Assembly: GCA_964650735.1 (NCBI GenBank)
Contig: CAZYUT010000001.1
Span: 1 to 57,595 of the forward strand
Direction: 5' to 3'
Origin: an uncultured Hyphomicrobiaceae bacterium
GTDB lineage: Bacteria > Pseudomonadota > Alphaproteobacteria > Rhizobiales > Rhodomicrobiaceae
DNA: 57,595 nucleotides
The first letter of the stretch is position 1. Each line of letters starts with the position of its first letter. Both the position numbers and the translations under genes were made by a program. Shown here piece after piece: positions 32,537 through 42,041 of this stretch. A model generated the notes under the pieces. That model saw only the letters and a list, made by a program, of their open reading frames with translations. It did no database searches and was not told the DNA's origin.

Positions 32537-33814
32537 TCAACGGGGCGCCCGGACTGGAAGCGGTATCGATAATTGGGCCGAGACAGGCACGGCTTCCTCA
32601 GCCATCGCCGCCATGGCGCCGCCCGCCTGGGCGGCTTCGGCCTCTGCGGCCTCCTGCTCGGCGCGCATTTGCGCCTCGATCCGGCGCCACTCGGCCACGT
32701 TACGGTTGTGCTCGGCAAGCGTCTCGGCGAACGCATGGCCGCCCGTGCCATCCGCGACGAAGTACAGCGCTTCAGTTTCGGCAGGACGCAGCACTGCCTC
32801 GATGGCCGCGCGTCCCGGATTGGCGATCGGCGTGGGCGGAAGCCCGCGGATCACATAGGTGTTGTACGGCGTTTCCTTGACGATTTCGCTGCGATAGATC
32901 GGGCGGCCCAGCGACCCCTTGCCGCCGACCAGGCCATAGATGATGGTCGGGTCGGACTGAAGGCGCATGCCCTTGCGCAGCCGGTTGATGAAAACGCCGG
33001 CCACCTTCGAGCGCTCATCCGCGACGCCGGTTTCCTTCTCAACGATCGAGGCGAGGATGAGAGCTTCTTCCTTGGTTTGGATCGGCAGATCCGCGTCGCG
33101 CGTCGGCCAGACCTTCTCCACGAACTCGTCTTGCGCCGCACGCATACGTGCAATGATGTCGCTGCGCGGCGTGTTCCGCGCAAAGCGGTAAGTATCCGGC
33201 ATCAGGGAGCCTTCCGCCGGGACCTCCGCGATCTCGCCCGTCAGCTCATCCGTGGAGCGCAGCCGCTCGACCACCTGTAAGCTTGTCCAGCCCTCAGGGA
33301 TCGTCACCTGATAAAGGATCGCGTCGCCTTCGATCAGCGTGTCGAGCACAGAGCGCATCGTCGCGCCGCTCCCGATGGCATAGTCGCCGGCCTTCAGCTT
33401 GGCCTGTGCGCTGAAATAAAGGACCGCGGCCATGAAGATGCGCCGGTCGTGAATGATGCCTTCGCGTTCGAGGCGGCTGGCGATCGCGTTGACGCCCTCC
33501 CCGCGCGGGATCGTGATGACGGTGTCGTGCGCTAGCGGGCCGGCGCTGTCGAACTGCATTTTCGCATAGTAGAATGCGCCGACCAGACCGATCATGCCGA
33601 CGAACAGCGCGGTGAAGGCCGCGTTCATTAGCGCGATGAGCGGGCGCTGGCGCTGACGCTTGGGCTTGCGGCCCTTGGGGGCCTCGGGCGGCCGGTCGGG
33701 TTCCAGCGCTTCCGAAGGGCTGCGCGGCAGGACGCTAAAGTCGTTGCGCCCGCCGACATAGCTATCGGAGGCGAAACGCTCATCGCTGTCCCAGTCGTTG
33801 GAGCCAATCGGCAT
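32537..33814 (-). CDS. mltG: Endolytic transglycosylase MltG (YceG)
   Basis: Single TM, EGSLMPDTY, ASIVEKE, LQSDPT, YNTY..GLPPTPI. Confidence 0.93.
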   Translation of the reverse strand: MPIGSNDWDSDERFASDSYVGGRNDFSVLPRSPSEALEPDRPPEAPKGRKPKRQRQRPLIALMNAAFTALFVGMIGLVGAFYYAKMQFDSAGPLAHDTVITIPRGEGVNAIASRLEREGIIHDRRIFMAAVLYFSAQAKLKAGDYAIGSGATMRSVLDTLIEGDAILYQVTIPEGWTSLQVVERLRSTDELTGEIAEVPAEGSLMPDTYRFARNTPRSDIIARMRAAQDEFVEKVWPTRDADLPIQTKEEALILASIVEKETGVADERSKVAGVFINRLRKGMRLQSDPTIIYGLVGGKGSLGRPIYRSEIVKETPYNTYVIRGLPPTPIANPGRAAIEAVLRPAETEALYFVADGTGGHAFAETLAEHNRNVAEWRRIEAQMRAEQEAAEAEAAQAGGAMAAMAEEAVPVSAQLSIPLPVRAPR

Positions 33815-33926
33815 CGTGACGAACACCCTCGCGTTGCGGCGGCTCAATCGAAAACCGCACACAAATTTCCTGTTAAATATGGCAAGAGGGCGGTCGCCCC
33901 GCCCAGGGCATCGCGCCACCGCGCGC

Positions 33927-35213
33927 TCAGTCTGCGCGCCGGATGATCAACGAAGCGTTGGTGCCGCCAAAGCCGAAAGAATTGCTCAACACCGCGTCCA
34001 CGCGCGCCTTCTTCGCTTCGTGCGGGGTCAGGTCGATTGTTGTGGCGATCGACGGATTGTCGAGGTTGAGCGTCGGCGGGATGACGTCGTCGCGCAGCAC
34101 CAGCGTCGCGAAAATTGCCTCGGCCGCGCCAGCGGCGCCGAGCAGGTGGCCGACGGCCGACTTCGTCGAGGACATGATCAACCCGCTGGCCGCTTCACCG
34201 AACAGCCGCTCGACAGCGCGCACTTCGATCTCGTCGCCCATCGGCGTGGAGGTGCCGTGTGCGTTCACGTAACCGATTTCGCTTGGAGTCATGCCGGCAT
34301 TGCGCAAGGCGGCCTCCATGCAGCGATAGGCGCCGTCGCCATCTTCTGCAGGCGCGGTGATGTGATAGGCGTCCCCCGAGAGGCCATAGCCGACAATTTC
34401 GCCATAGATCGGCGCGCCGCGGGCCTTGGCATGCTCGTAAGCTTCGAGCACAACAATGCCCGCGCCTTCGCCCATCACAAAGCCGTCGCGGTCGCGGTCG
34501 AATGGGCGCGAGGCACGCTGCGGCTCCTCGTTGAAGTTGGTGGACAACGCGCGCGCCGCGGAGAAGCCAGCCACCGACAGCCGGCAAAGCGGCGATTCCG
34601 TGCCGCCGGCAACCATCACGTCGGCATCGCCAAGCGCCACCAGCCGGTAGGCATCGCCGATCGCGTGCGTGCCCGTGGAGCAGGCTGTGACGACCGCGTG
34701 GTTCGGTCCCTTGAAGCCGTAACGGATCGACACGTAGCCGCCAGCCAGATTGATCAGCCGGCCGGGGATGAAGAACGGGCTTATGCGCCGCGGCCCCTTC
34801 TCCGCCATCAGCAGCGAGGCATTCTCGATCCCCTGCAGCCCGCCGATGCCGGACCCGATCAGGACGCCCGTGCGGACCTGGTCCTCGTAGCGGTCCGGTT
34901 TCCAGCCTGCATCGCGAAGCGCCTGTTCCGTAGCCGCCATCGCATAGACGATGAAATCATCGACCTTGCGCTGCTCCTTCGGCTCCATCCAGTCGTCGGG
35001 GTTGTACTCGCCTTCGCCAGTGCCCTTGGGGATGAAGCAGGCCACCTTGCACGGCAGATCGTCGGTTGGAAACGCATCGATGCGGCGCGCGCCGCTTTCC
35101 CCCGCCACGATACGGCGCCAAGACGCATCGACGCCGCAACCCAGCGGCGAGACAAGCCCCATCCCGGTGATGACGACACGTCGGAAGGGAACAGATGGAG
35201 GCGTGTGGGCCAT
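33927..35213 (-). CDS. fabF: Beta-ketoacyl-ACP synthase II
   Basis: TACSTG, AHGTST, GHLLGAAG, SNSFGFGG. Confidence 0.96.
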   Translation of the reverse strand: MAHTPPSVPFRRVVITGMGLVSPLGCGVDASWRRIVAGESGARRIDAFPTDDLPCKVACFIPKGTGEGEYNPDDWMEPKEQRKVDDFIVYAMAATEQALRDAGWKPDRYEDQVRTGVLIGSGIGGLQGIENASLLMAEKGPRRISPFFIPGRLINLAGGYVSIRYGFKGPNHAVVTACSTGTHAIGDAYRLVALGDADVMVAGGTESPLCRLSVAGFSAARALSTNFNEEPQRASRPFDRDRDGFVMGEGAGIVVLEAYEHAKARGAPIYGEIVGYGLSGDAYHITAPAEDGDGAYRCMEAALRNAGMTPSEIGYVNAHGTSTPMGDEIEVRAVERLFGEAASGLIMSSTKSAVGHLLGAAGAAEAIFATLVLRDDVIPPTLNLDNPSIATTIDLTPHEAKKARVDAVLSNSFGFGGTNASLIIRRAD

Positions 35214-35324
35214 AAACGACTCACCAGAAGGATTGAAGGGAATACCCCGCCCGTGGATCACGGCCAGCGCAGAGACAATGGTCCGGGCTGGCCGGCCTGC
35301 GGTATTCCAGGCAGATCGCGAAAG

Positions 35325-35564
35325 TCACGAACCGGCGTTCTCTTCCAGGAACTTGATGGCGTCCCCGACCGTCTGGATGGTCTCGGCCGCGTCGTCCGGG
35401 ATTTCGCAATTGAACTCTTCCTCGAACGCCATGACCAGCTCAACCGTGTCCAGGCTGTCCGCGCCCAAATCGTCGATGAAACTGGCATTCGGCTGCACTT
35501 TTTCGACTTCGACGCCAAGATGCTCCACGACGATCTTTGTTACGCGTTCGGAGATATCGCTCAT
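35325..35564 (-). CDS. acpP: Acyl carrier protein
   Basis: [14 protein letters not shown] phosphopantetheine motif; 79 aa; GAGG SD. Confidence 0.97.
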   Translation of the reverse strand: MSDISERVTKIVVEHLGVEVEKVQPNASFIDDLGADSLDTVELVMAFEEEFNCEIPDDAAETIQTVGDAIKFLEENAGS

Positions 35565-35613
35565 TTTCGCCTCGCTGTGATGAGAATGTACTGAACAATA
35601 AGCCATAGAAGGG

Positions 35614-35642
35614 ATTTAGACTTGGGCCGGGCCGGCGCGCAA
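35614..35642 (-). promoter_or_regulatory. Putative sigma70 promoter of acpP-fabF
   Basis: TTGCGC-N17-CTAAAT on the minus strand, the same architecture as the rpsF promoter candidate. Confidence 0.5.
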
Positions 35643-35829
35643 CCCTTTACGCATTCTTGCTCCGCTACGGGGCGGATGGCGGCTGCGGCCCGTCAACGGG
35701 TGACGCGCTGCCCGCGCTGGGGCACAGGTCGTTAACACGTTTCCATTTTTCTGACCAGTCGTCCAGTTCCGTTCCCCTGCCCTGGCAACAGGAACGCTCG
35801 GCGGTCGCAGCAAAGCGGCTGTCATCGGT

Positions 35830-36567
35830 TCAGACCATCGCCATGCCGCCATTGACATGCAAGGTCTCGCCGGTGACGTAGCCGGCCTCGTCGCTGGCGA
35901 GATAGACCGCAGCGGCGGCGATGTCGCCCGGTTTCCCGAAGGTGCCGGAGGGAATGGCCGCGGCGATCGTCTCCACCTGCTTTTCGGTGAGTTCGCCAGT
36001 CATCGCGGTTTCAATGAAGCCCGGCGCAATGCAGTTGGCAGTGATGCCACGCGCCGCCACCTCGCGGGCAAGCGACTTGGTCATGCCGACCATCCCCGCC
36101 TTCGACGCGGCGTAGTTGCCCTGCCCCGGGTTGCCAACGACGCCAGAAATCGAAGCGATGTTGATAATGCGGCCGAAGCGGCGCTTCATCATGCCCCGCA
36201 ACGCGCCCCTGCAGATCAGGAAGGTCGCGGTCAGGTTCACCTGGATCACCTGGTCCCACTCCTCGTCCTTCATGCGCATAAAGAGGTTGTCGCGCGTGAT
36301 GCCGGCGTTATTCACAACAATATCGAGGCTGCCAAGCGCGTCTTCGGCCTGGCCCGGCAGGGCAATGACCGCCTCGCGGTCGGACAGGTCGCACGGAAGG
36401 GTCGCCACACGTTCGCCAAGCTGCGCGGCCAGATCGTCCAGGCGTTCCTTGCGCGTGCCGGACAACGCCACATGGGCGCCCTGGCGGTGCAGCGCCGTGG
36501 CCAGTTCCGCGCCAATGCCGCCGGTTGCGCCAGTGACCAGCGCGCAGCGTCCCGTCAAGTCGAACAT
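35830..36567 (-). CDS. fabG: 3-oxoacyl-ACP reductase
   Basis: TGATGGIG, NNAGITRD, YAASK, NGG. Confidence 0.96.
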   Translation of the reverse strand: MFDLTGRCALVTGATGGIGAELATALHRQGAHVALSGTRKERLDDLAAQLGERVATLPCDLSDREAVIALPGQAEDALGSLDIVVNNAGITRDNLFMRMKDEEWDQVIQVNLTATFLICRGALRGMMKRRFGRIINIASISGVVGNPGQGNYAASKAGMVGMTKSLAREVAARGITANCIAPGFIETAMTGELTEKQVETIAAAIPSGTFGKPGDIAAAAVYLASDEAGYVTGETLHVNGGMAMV

Positions 36568-36614
36568 CACCAGCCTCACCCTGCCTGCTCATTGCGCATC
36601 GCGGTGGCTTTCAC

Positions 36615-37571
36615 TCAAGCCCGTGCGCCGAAAGCCCCGCTCACTGCGGCGATATCCTCAGCGGTGCCGACGGATGCCGCGTCAAGATCGCGCGAGATGC
36701 GCCGGGCCAGCCCGCTGAGCACCTTGCCCGCGCCGATTTCGTAAACGCGGGCAATGCCCTCACCCGCGAGGAACTCAATGGTCTCGCGCCAGCGAACCGT
36801 GCCGGTGACCTGCTCGACGAGACGCTCGCGTAGCTCATCTGGGTCCGTGACCGGGCGGGCCAGCACATTGACGACCACCGGCACGCTCGGCGCCTTGAAC
36901 GTCACCTCCGAGAGCGCCTCGGCCATGCGATCCCCGGCCGGCTGCATCAACGCGCAATGGAAGGGGGCACTGACGGGCAGCAAGACGCTGCGCCGCGCGC
37001 CGCGCTCGCGCGCAAGCTCCACGGCGCGGTCGACGGCTGCCTTCGATCCGCTGATGACCACCTGTCCCGGCGCGTTGTCATTCGCCACCTGACACACATC
37101 GCTGCCGGCCGCCTCCCGCGCCACGTCATACACTTTGTCAAGGTCGAGGCCCATGAGCGCGGCCATCGCGCCCTCGCCGACGGGCACCGCCTGCTGCATG
37201 GCCCGCCCGCGCGTGCGCAGCAGCCGCGCCGCATCGGCGATGCTCAAGCTTCCGGCGGCGGCCAGCGCAGAATATTCGCCGAGCGAATGGCCAGCAACAT
37301 AGCGCGCCTGGTCGGCCAGCGAAAACCCGTGCTCATTCTCCAGCACGCGCATCACGGCCATCGATACCGCCATAAGCGCGGGTTGCGCGTTTTCGGTCAG
37401 CGTCAACTCGTGCTCCGGGCCGTCGCGCATCAGCCCCGACAAGTCCTGCCCGAGGACGTCGTCGACTTCCTCGAAAACGGCGCGCGCCGCCACGAAGTTG
37501 CGAGCGAGGTCAACGCCCATGCCGACGTGCTGGCTGCCCTGGCCGGGGAATGTGAATGCCGCCTGCGTCAT
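36615..37571 (-). CDS. fabD: Malonyl-CoA:ACP transacylase
   Basis: FPGQGSQ, GHSLGE, SAPFH. Confidence 0.96.
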   Translation of the reverse strand: MTQAAFTFPGQGSQHVGMGVDLARNFVAARAVFEEVDDVLGQDLSGLMRDGPEHELTLTENAQPALMAVSMAVMRVLENEHGFSLADQARYVAGHSLGEYSALAAAGSLSIADAARLLRTRGRAMQQAVPVGEGAMAALMGLDLDKVYDVAREAAGSDVCQVANDNAPGQVVISGSKAAVDRAVELARERGARRSVLLPVSAPFHCALMQPAGDRMAEALSEVTFKAPSVPVVVNVLARPVTDPDELRERLVEQVTGTVRWRETIEFLAGEGIARVYEIGAGKVLSGLARRISRDLDAASVGTAEDIAAVSGAFGARA

Positions 37572-37820
37572 CTGTTCCGGTTCGCGGTGGGATCGGGTGG
37601 TCCGGCTTGTTTGTTTTCTTCGTGGTTGTTGGCGTCGGATGAAGCGGCCTGCCGCAAACCCGCCCTTCCTGCGCGCAGCCTTCCAGCGCCGCGCGTTAAC
37701 CCTGTCGATGTGCGCTCAAAGACACTGTTTGCAGCCGGCTTGTCAAGACCGGCGCCATCTGCAGGCTTCAGCGGTTGACGGACGAACCTCGGCACTCCCT
37801 TCGTTTATGGCAATTTTTTG

Positions 37821-37849
37821 TTGCATCGCACCCCCCTGGCGCACTAAAT
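37821..37849 (+). promoter_or_regulatory. Putative sigma70 promoter of the rpsF operon
   Basis: TTGCAT-N17-CTAAAT preceded by an AT-rich tract. Confidence 0.5.
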
Positions 37850-37918
37850 ATCGCGTCAGTTTCGGCTGAAGGCTGAAAGGCCGCCATTCGGCGTGCCCGT
37901 GTCTTCACTCTTTTGACG

Positions 37919-37998
37919 GTCTTCCTTTGAGCCTTTCCGCAGTTCAGCACCGGGCTCGAAAGAGGCTTTGCGCCGAAACAAACCGAAAATGGAAAGGC
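37919..37998 (+). promoter_or_regulatory. rpsF 5' leader structure, S6:S18-binding-like
   Basis: GTCTT-CC-TTTGAGCC (37919-37933) pairs with GGCTCGAA-A-GAGGC (37953-37966), leaving an unpaired CC; alternative helix GCCTTTCC/GGAAAGGC covers the SD region. Confidence 0.55.
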
Positions 37999-38006
37999 GA
38001 TGGATC

Positions 38007-38468
38007 ATGCCACAGTATGAGCATGTGTTTCTCGCGCGGCAAGACGTGTCCGCGCAGCAGGCGCAGAGCCTGCTTGAAGACTTCTCCAAGATCATAACCG
38101 AGAACGGCGGTCAGGTTGCCAAGACCGAGTACTGGGGCCTGAAGCCGTTGGCCTACAAGATCAACAAGAACCGCAAGGCGCACTATCACATGATGAACAT
38201 TGAGGCTCCGCATGATGCGGTCGCTGAGATGGAGCGTCAGATGCGCCTGTCGAGCGATGTCATCAGGTTTCTGACGCTGCGCGTCGAGGAGCTGGATGAG
38301 AAGCCATCGGCAATGATGAAGCGTTCTGATGACCGGCGCGGTCCGCGCCGCGGCGGCGACAGGGGCGATCGCTTCGACAGAGGCGACAGGGGTGATCGCG
38401 GCGACAGGGGCGATCGTTTCGATAGAGGCGATCGGGGTGATCGCGGCCCGCGCGGAGGTCAGGAATGA
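38007..38468 (+). CDS. rpsF: 30S ribosomal protein S6
   Basis: [25 protein letters not shown]; long G/D/R tail. Confidence 0.97.
   Translation: MPQYEHVFLARQDVSAQQAQSLLEDFSKIITENGGQVAKTEYWGLKPLAYKINKNRKAHYHMMNIEAPHDAVAEMERQMRLSSDVIRFLTLRVEELDEKPSAMMKRSDDRRGPRRGGDRGDRFDRGDRGDRGDRGDRFDRGDRGDRGPRGGQE
38354..38446 (+). repeat. Degenerate 9-nt tandem repeat encoding (G/F)DR in the S6 tail
   Basis: [30 protein letters not shown]; units such as ggcgacagg, ggcgatcgc, ggtgatcgc. Confidence 0.85.
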
Positions 38469-38713
38469 CGGATATTTCCCAGCTCCCGGTCCGGCGTCCG
38501 TTCCACCGGAGGCGCAAGACCTGTCCGTTTTCCGGTGAGAACGCGCCGAAGATCGATTACAAGGACATCAAACTGTTGCAGCGGTTCGTCTCCGAGCGCG
38601 GCAAGATCGTGCCGAGCCGGATAACCGCCGTTTCAGCCAAGAAGCAGCGTGAACTGGCACGAGCCATCAAGCGGGCGCGTTTTCTGGGTCTTTTGCCTTA
38701 CATCGTGAAGTGA
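38465..38713 (+). CDS. rpsR: 30S ribosomal protein S18
   Basis: [20 protein letters not shown]. Confidence 0.98.
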   Translation: MTDISQLPVRRPFHRRRKTCPFSGENAPKIDYKDIKLLQRFVSERGKIVPSRITAVSAKKQRELARAIKRARFLGLLPYIVK

Positions 38714-38790
38714 TCCGCCGGTCCGCGGCGGGGGGTTGGGACGGCGCCGGTGCGCCCGTCTCTAACCGCTAAAACAGAGCGGGACAGCTT

Positions 38791-39771
38791 GTGATGAACA
38801 ACCCTGCCGTTATCGGCGCGCTCGCCGGCTTGGTGTCTGCGCTGCTTTTCGTATCCGCCGCGGCCAGCGCGGTCGCAGCGGTCCTGCTCGTCTACATCAC
38901 CCCCTTGCCGCTGATGATTGCGGGGCTGGGCTGGGGCATTCGCGCAAGCGTGATTGGTCTTGGCGTGGGAATGCTGGCAGCGGCGGCGCTGTTCAGTATC
39001 AATGTTGCGCTCACCTATGCGTTCATGCTGGCAGGGCCGGCGGCGGCGCTGGTCTATCTGGCGCTTCTTAGCCGGCCGGACCCTCGCGGCCCCGGCGGGC
39101 TTGTCTGGTATCCGCCCGGCCGCCTGATCGCGTGGGCCGCGCTGATGGGCGGCGCGGTGGGCGGCGGCTCGGCAGTCGTGCTGGCTGCCGGCATGGGCGG
39201 TTACGAGACCGGCGTGCGCGAGCTTTTCAACCAGACGCTGTTGCCTGCGCTGCAAGAGGGCGAGCAGGAGCTTACCGACGAGCAGATCACCCAGACCATC
39301 CAGTTCATAGGCGCCATCCTGCCGGGCGCTGTGGCGGCCGTATGGCTGCTGATCATGCTGATCAATACATGGCTCGGCGGCAAGATCGCATCGGTTTCCG
39401 GCAATCTGATCCGGCCCTGGCCGACGCTTACGGATATGGAATATCCGCGATTTCTGCCGATAACGTTTCTTTTGGCGCTGATTGGCACAACGATATTTGC
39501 GGGGCTGACGGCGGCAATCGCCTCGTCGTTCGTTGGCGCGATCCTGCTGGCCTATCTCGTGATGGGACTTGCCGTGATCCATGTGATCACGCGCGGCAGC
39601 ACCTTCCAGCCGCTGATCCTTGTGCTGCTCTATGTGGGCATCGTGCTGGTCGGCTGGCTTGCGCTGCTGGTGGCGCTTCTGGGTGTGGCCGAGCCGCTGC
39701 TCAGGCTGCGTCAGCGCGTCCAGCAAAGACGGGATGCCTCCGGGCCTCCGAATGGACCGCGGCCAGATTAG
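38791..39771 (+). CDS. DUF2232 (YybS-like) integral membrane protein
   Basis: Multi-TM, PLPLMIAGLGWG, WYPPG; typical position between rpsR and rplI. Confidence 0.8.
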   Translation: MMNNPAVIGALAGLVSALLFVSAAASAVAAVLLVYITPLPLMIAGLGWGIRASVIGLGVGMLAAAALFSINVALTYAFMLAGPAAALVYLALLSRPDPRGPGGLVWYPPGRLIAWAALMGGAVGGGSAVVLAAGMGGYETGVRELFNQTLLPALQEGEQELTDEQITQTIQFIGAILPGAVAAVWLLIMLINTWLGGKIASVSGNLIRPWPTLTDMEYPRFLPITFLLALIGTTIFAGLTAAIASSFVGAILLAYLVMGLAVIHVITRGSTFQPLILVLLYVGIVLVGWLALLVALLGVAEPLLRLRQRVQQRRDASGPPNGPRPD

Positions 39772-39837
39772 GCGCGGGTCAGCGGCGAGCCGTGCTGCGT
39801 TTTATTGTTCCAGGATAAAAGAACGGAGAATGACGTC

Positions 39838-40464
39838 ATGCAAGTGATCCTATTGGAAAGGGTCGGCAAACTCGGCCAAATGGGCGATGTGGTCACGGTC
39901 CGCGATGGCCACGCCCGCAACTATCTGCTGCCGCAAGGCAAGGCCCTGCGCGCCACGAAGGAAAACATCGCCCGCTTCGAGCGTGAGCGCGCGCAGATCG
40001 AGGCGCGCAATCTGGAGCTGCGCAAGGAGGCCGAGGCGATTGCCGAGAAGCTCGATGGGCAGAGTTTCGTGGCGATCCGCCAGTCCAGCGACACCGGCCA
40101 GCTCTATGGATCGGTGAGCACGCGGGACATCACGGAACTGGTGGCGCAGACCGGCATCATGATCAACCGCAGCCAAGCGCTGCTCGACCGGCCGATCAAG
40201 ACGCTGGGCCTGCACCAGGTGCGCATTCAGCTGCACCCGGAAGTCGATGTGCGTATTACGCTCAACGTCGCGCGCTCGCAGGACGAGGCCGAACTTCAGG
40301 CGCAGGGGCAGGATGTGACGGCCATCCGCGAGGAAACCGAGTACGAGCACGTCTCGCGCGAGCAGCTTGAGGAGGAGTTGTTCGAGGAGGGCGTCCAGCC
40401 CGAAGGCGAGGGCGAAGCGGAACGGACCGGAGACAGCGGAGAGACCGAAACGCCTGCACAGTAA
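39838..40464 (+). CDS. rplI: 50S ribosomal protein L9
   Basis: [28 protein letters not shown]; acidic tail. Confidence 0.97.
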   Translation: MQVILLERVGKLGQMGDVVTVRDGHARNYLLPQGKALRATKENIARFERERAQIEARNLELRKEAEAIAEKLDGQSFVAIRQSSDTGQLYGSVSTRDITELVAQTGIMINRSQALLDRPIKTLGLHQVRIQLHPEVDVRITLNVARSQDEAELQAQGQDVTAIREETEYEHVSREQLEEELFEEGVQPEGEGEAERTGDSGETETPAQ

Positions 40465-40514
40465 GATTTTGCCTATCCGAGCCAGGCTCAGCGCAGATTT
40501 CCCCTTATGGCGGG

Positions 40515-40540
40515 GGAACAAAAAGTTTGCTAACGTCGTT
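40515..40540 (+). promoter_or_regulatory. EcfG/SigT/RpoE2-type general stress promoter upstream of cfa
   Basis: Exact GGAAC-N17-CGTT (GGAAC 40515-40519, CGTT 40537-40540). Confidence 0.6.
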
Positions 40541-40608
40541 AACATGTATGCAGCGTCCCAGCGCTGTGGTTGGGAGCAATAAACGACGAGCAACACCGCG
40601 GGCCGAAA

Positions 40609-41862
40609 ATGTCTCCGCTCTGGTTACTGCTGGACCGGGTCGTAACCTCGGGTAATCTGATTTTCATTGACGCTGATGGCCGCAAGCACATCTTTGGCGA
40701 TAACGCCGGCCCAGAAGTCGTCGTAAGGCTGCAAGACAAAACCGTCGAATGGCGCATCGCGCTTGATCCTGGGCTGGCGATGGCCGAAGCCTTCATGGAT
40801 GGCCGTCTAAATCTTGAGCAGGGAAATCTTTACGACTTCCTTGAAATCCTGATTGAAAACACGAAGCGACGTTATCCGCCAGCCAGCAGCCGCATGCTCG
40901 ACCATATGCGTTACGCGACGCGGTGGATACGGCAGTACAATCCGGTCAGTCGCGCGGCGCGGAACGCTTCACATCACTACGATATTCCGCCGGAAATCTA
41001 CGACCTCTTCCTCGACCCGGACTGGCAGTACTCGTGCGCCTACTTTGCGCATCCCGACGTGGACCTCGCTGAGGCCCAGCGGGCCAAGAAGCGTCACATC
41101 ACGGCGAAGCTGCGGGTTTCGCCGGGCCAGGAGGTTCTGGACATCGGCTCAGGCTGGGGGGGCCTCGGGCTGACGCTCGCCAAACTGGCAAATGCGCGCG
41201 TCACCGGCATCACGCTCAGCAACGAGCAGCTTCGCCGTGCGCGGGATCGCGCGAAGAAAATGGGGCTGGATGGTCAAGTCCGCTTCGAGCTTCGCGATTA
41301 TCGCAAGGTTGAGCAGCAGTTTGACCGGATCGTTTCGGTCGGCATGTTCGAGCATGTTGGCGTGAACCATTATCAGGAATTCTTCAGTAAGGTTTGCAGT
41401 CTCCTCAGGGACGACGGAGTGGCGCTGCTGCATTCGATCGGGCGCTCCGATGTGCCGGGCATCACCAACCCGTTCATCGAGAAGTACATCTTCCCCGGCG
41501 GCTACATTCCATCGTTCAGCGAGGTTATCCCTGCCATCGAGCGCGCGGGACTGATCGTCTCCGATATCGAAATCCTGCGCCTGCATTACGCGCATACGCT
41601 GCGCGCCTGGCGCGATGCGTTCATGTCCCGGCGCGACGAGGCCAAGCGGCTCATGGGCGAGCGCTTCTGCAGAATGTGGGAGTTCTATCTGGCCGGGTCG
41701 GAGCTCGCCTTCCGCCATCAGGGGCTGATGGTGTTCCAGATTCAGCTCATCAAGCAGGTCGACGCGCTGCCGCTCACGCGGGATTACATGCTCGAGGGCG
41801 AGCGCCGCCTGCAGGCGATCGAGACCGGCGAGGGCCAGCGGCCGCGCCTTGCCGGAACCTGA
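40609..41862 (+). CDS. cfa: Cyclopropane-fatty-acyl-phospholipid synthase
   Basis: HHYD, YSCAYF, LDIGSGWG, SVGMFEHVG, YIFPGG, HYAHTL. Confidence 0.92.
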   Translation: MSPLWLLLDRVVTSGNLIFIDADGRKHIFGDNAGPEVVVRLQDKTVEWRIALDPGLAMAEAFMDGRLNLEQGNLYDFLEILIENTKRRYPPASSRMLDHMRYATRWIRQYNPVSRAARNASHHYDIPPEIYDLFLDPDWQYSCAYFAHPDVDLAEAQRAKKRHITAKLRVSPGQEVLDIGSGWGGLGLTLAKLANARVTGITLSNEQLRRARDRAKKMGLDGQVRFELRDYRKVEQQFDRIVSVGMFEHVGVNHYQEFFSKVCSLLRDDGVALLHSIGRSDVPGITNPFIEKYIFPGGYIPSFSEVIPAIERAGLIVSDIEILRLHYAHTLRAWRDAFMSRRDEAKRLMGERFCRMWEFYLAGSELAFRHQGLMVFQIQLIKQVDALPLTRDYMLEGERRLQAIETGEGQRPRLAGT

Positions 41863-42041
41863 GGGTCGGCGGGCGCGCAATGGATCCGCCGGCAAGCGAC
41901 CGGCTCAATGGGTTCGGCGATTCGCCACGGTCAATTTCTGGCGGCGCAAATCTCGTTGGATCTGTGCATATCGCGTATAGCGTGGACGTGGCGGCGATAC
42001 ATGCCACGCCGCGACGAGGAATCGCGATATGCCTTGATCCT

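Noticed and set aside
33798-35594. 598-aa plus-strand ORF opposite fabF-acpP, and similar long antisense ORFs opposite lpdA, ntrB, ntrC, dnaB and metG
   Set aside because: These are shadow ORFs expected from high-GC codon bias; they show no recognisable motifs and overlap well-supported genes
38354-38446. Tandem repeat as a CRISPR array
   Set aside because: The units are 9-nt in-frame coding repeats with no spacers and no cas genes
41394-42041. Apparent 216-aa N-terminal extension of DnaB
   Set aside because: It is mostly an alternative frame of cfa with Arg/Ala-rich junk composition; DnaB homology begins near ATG 42042
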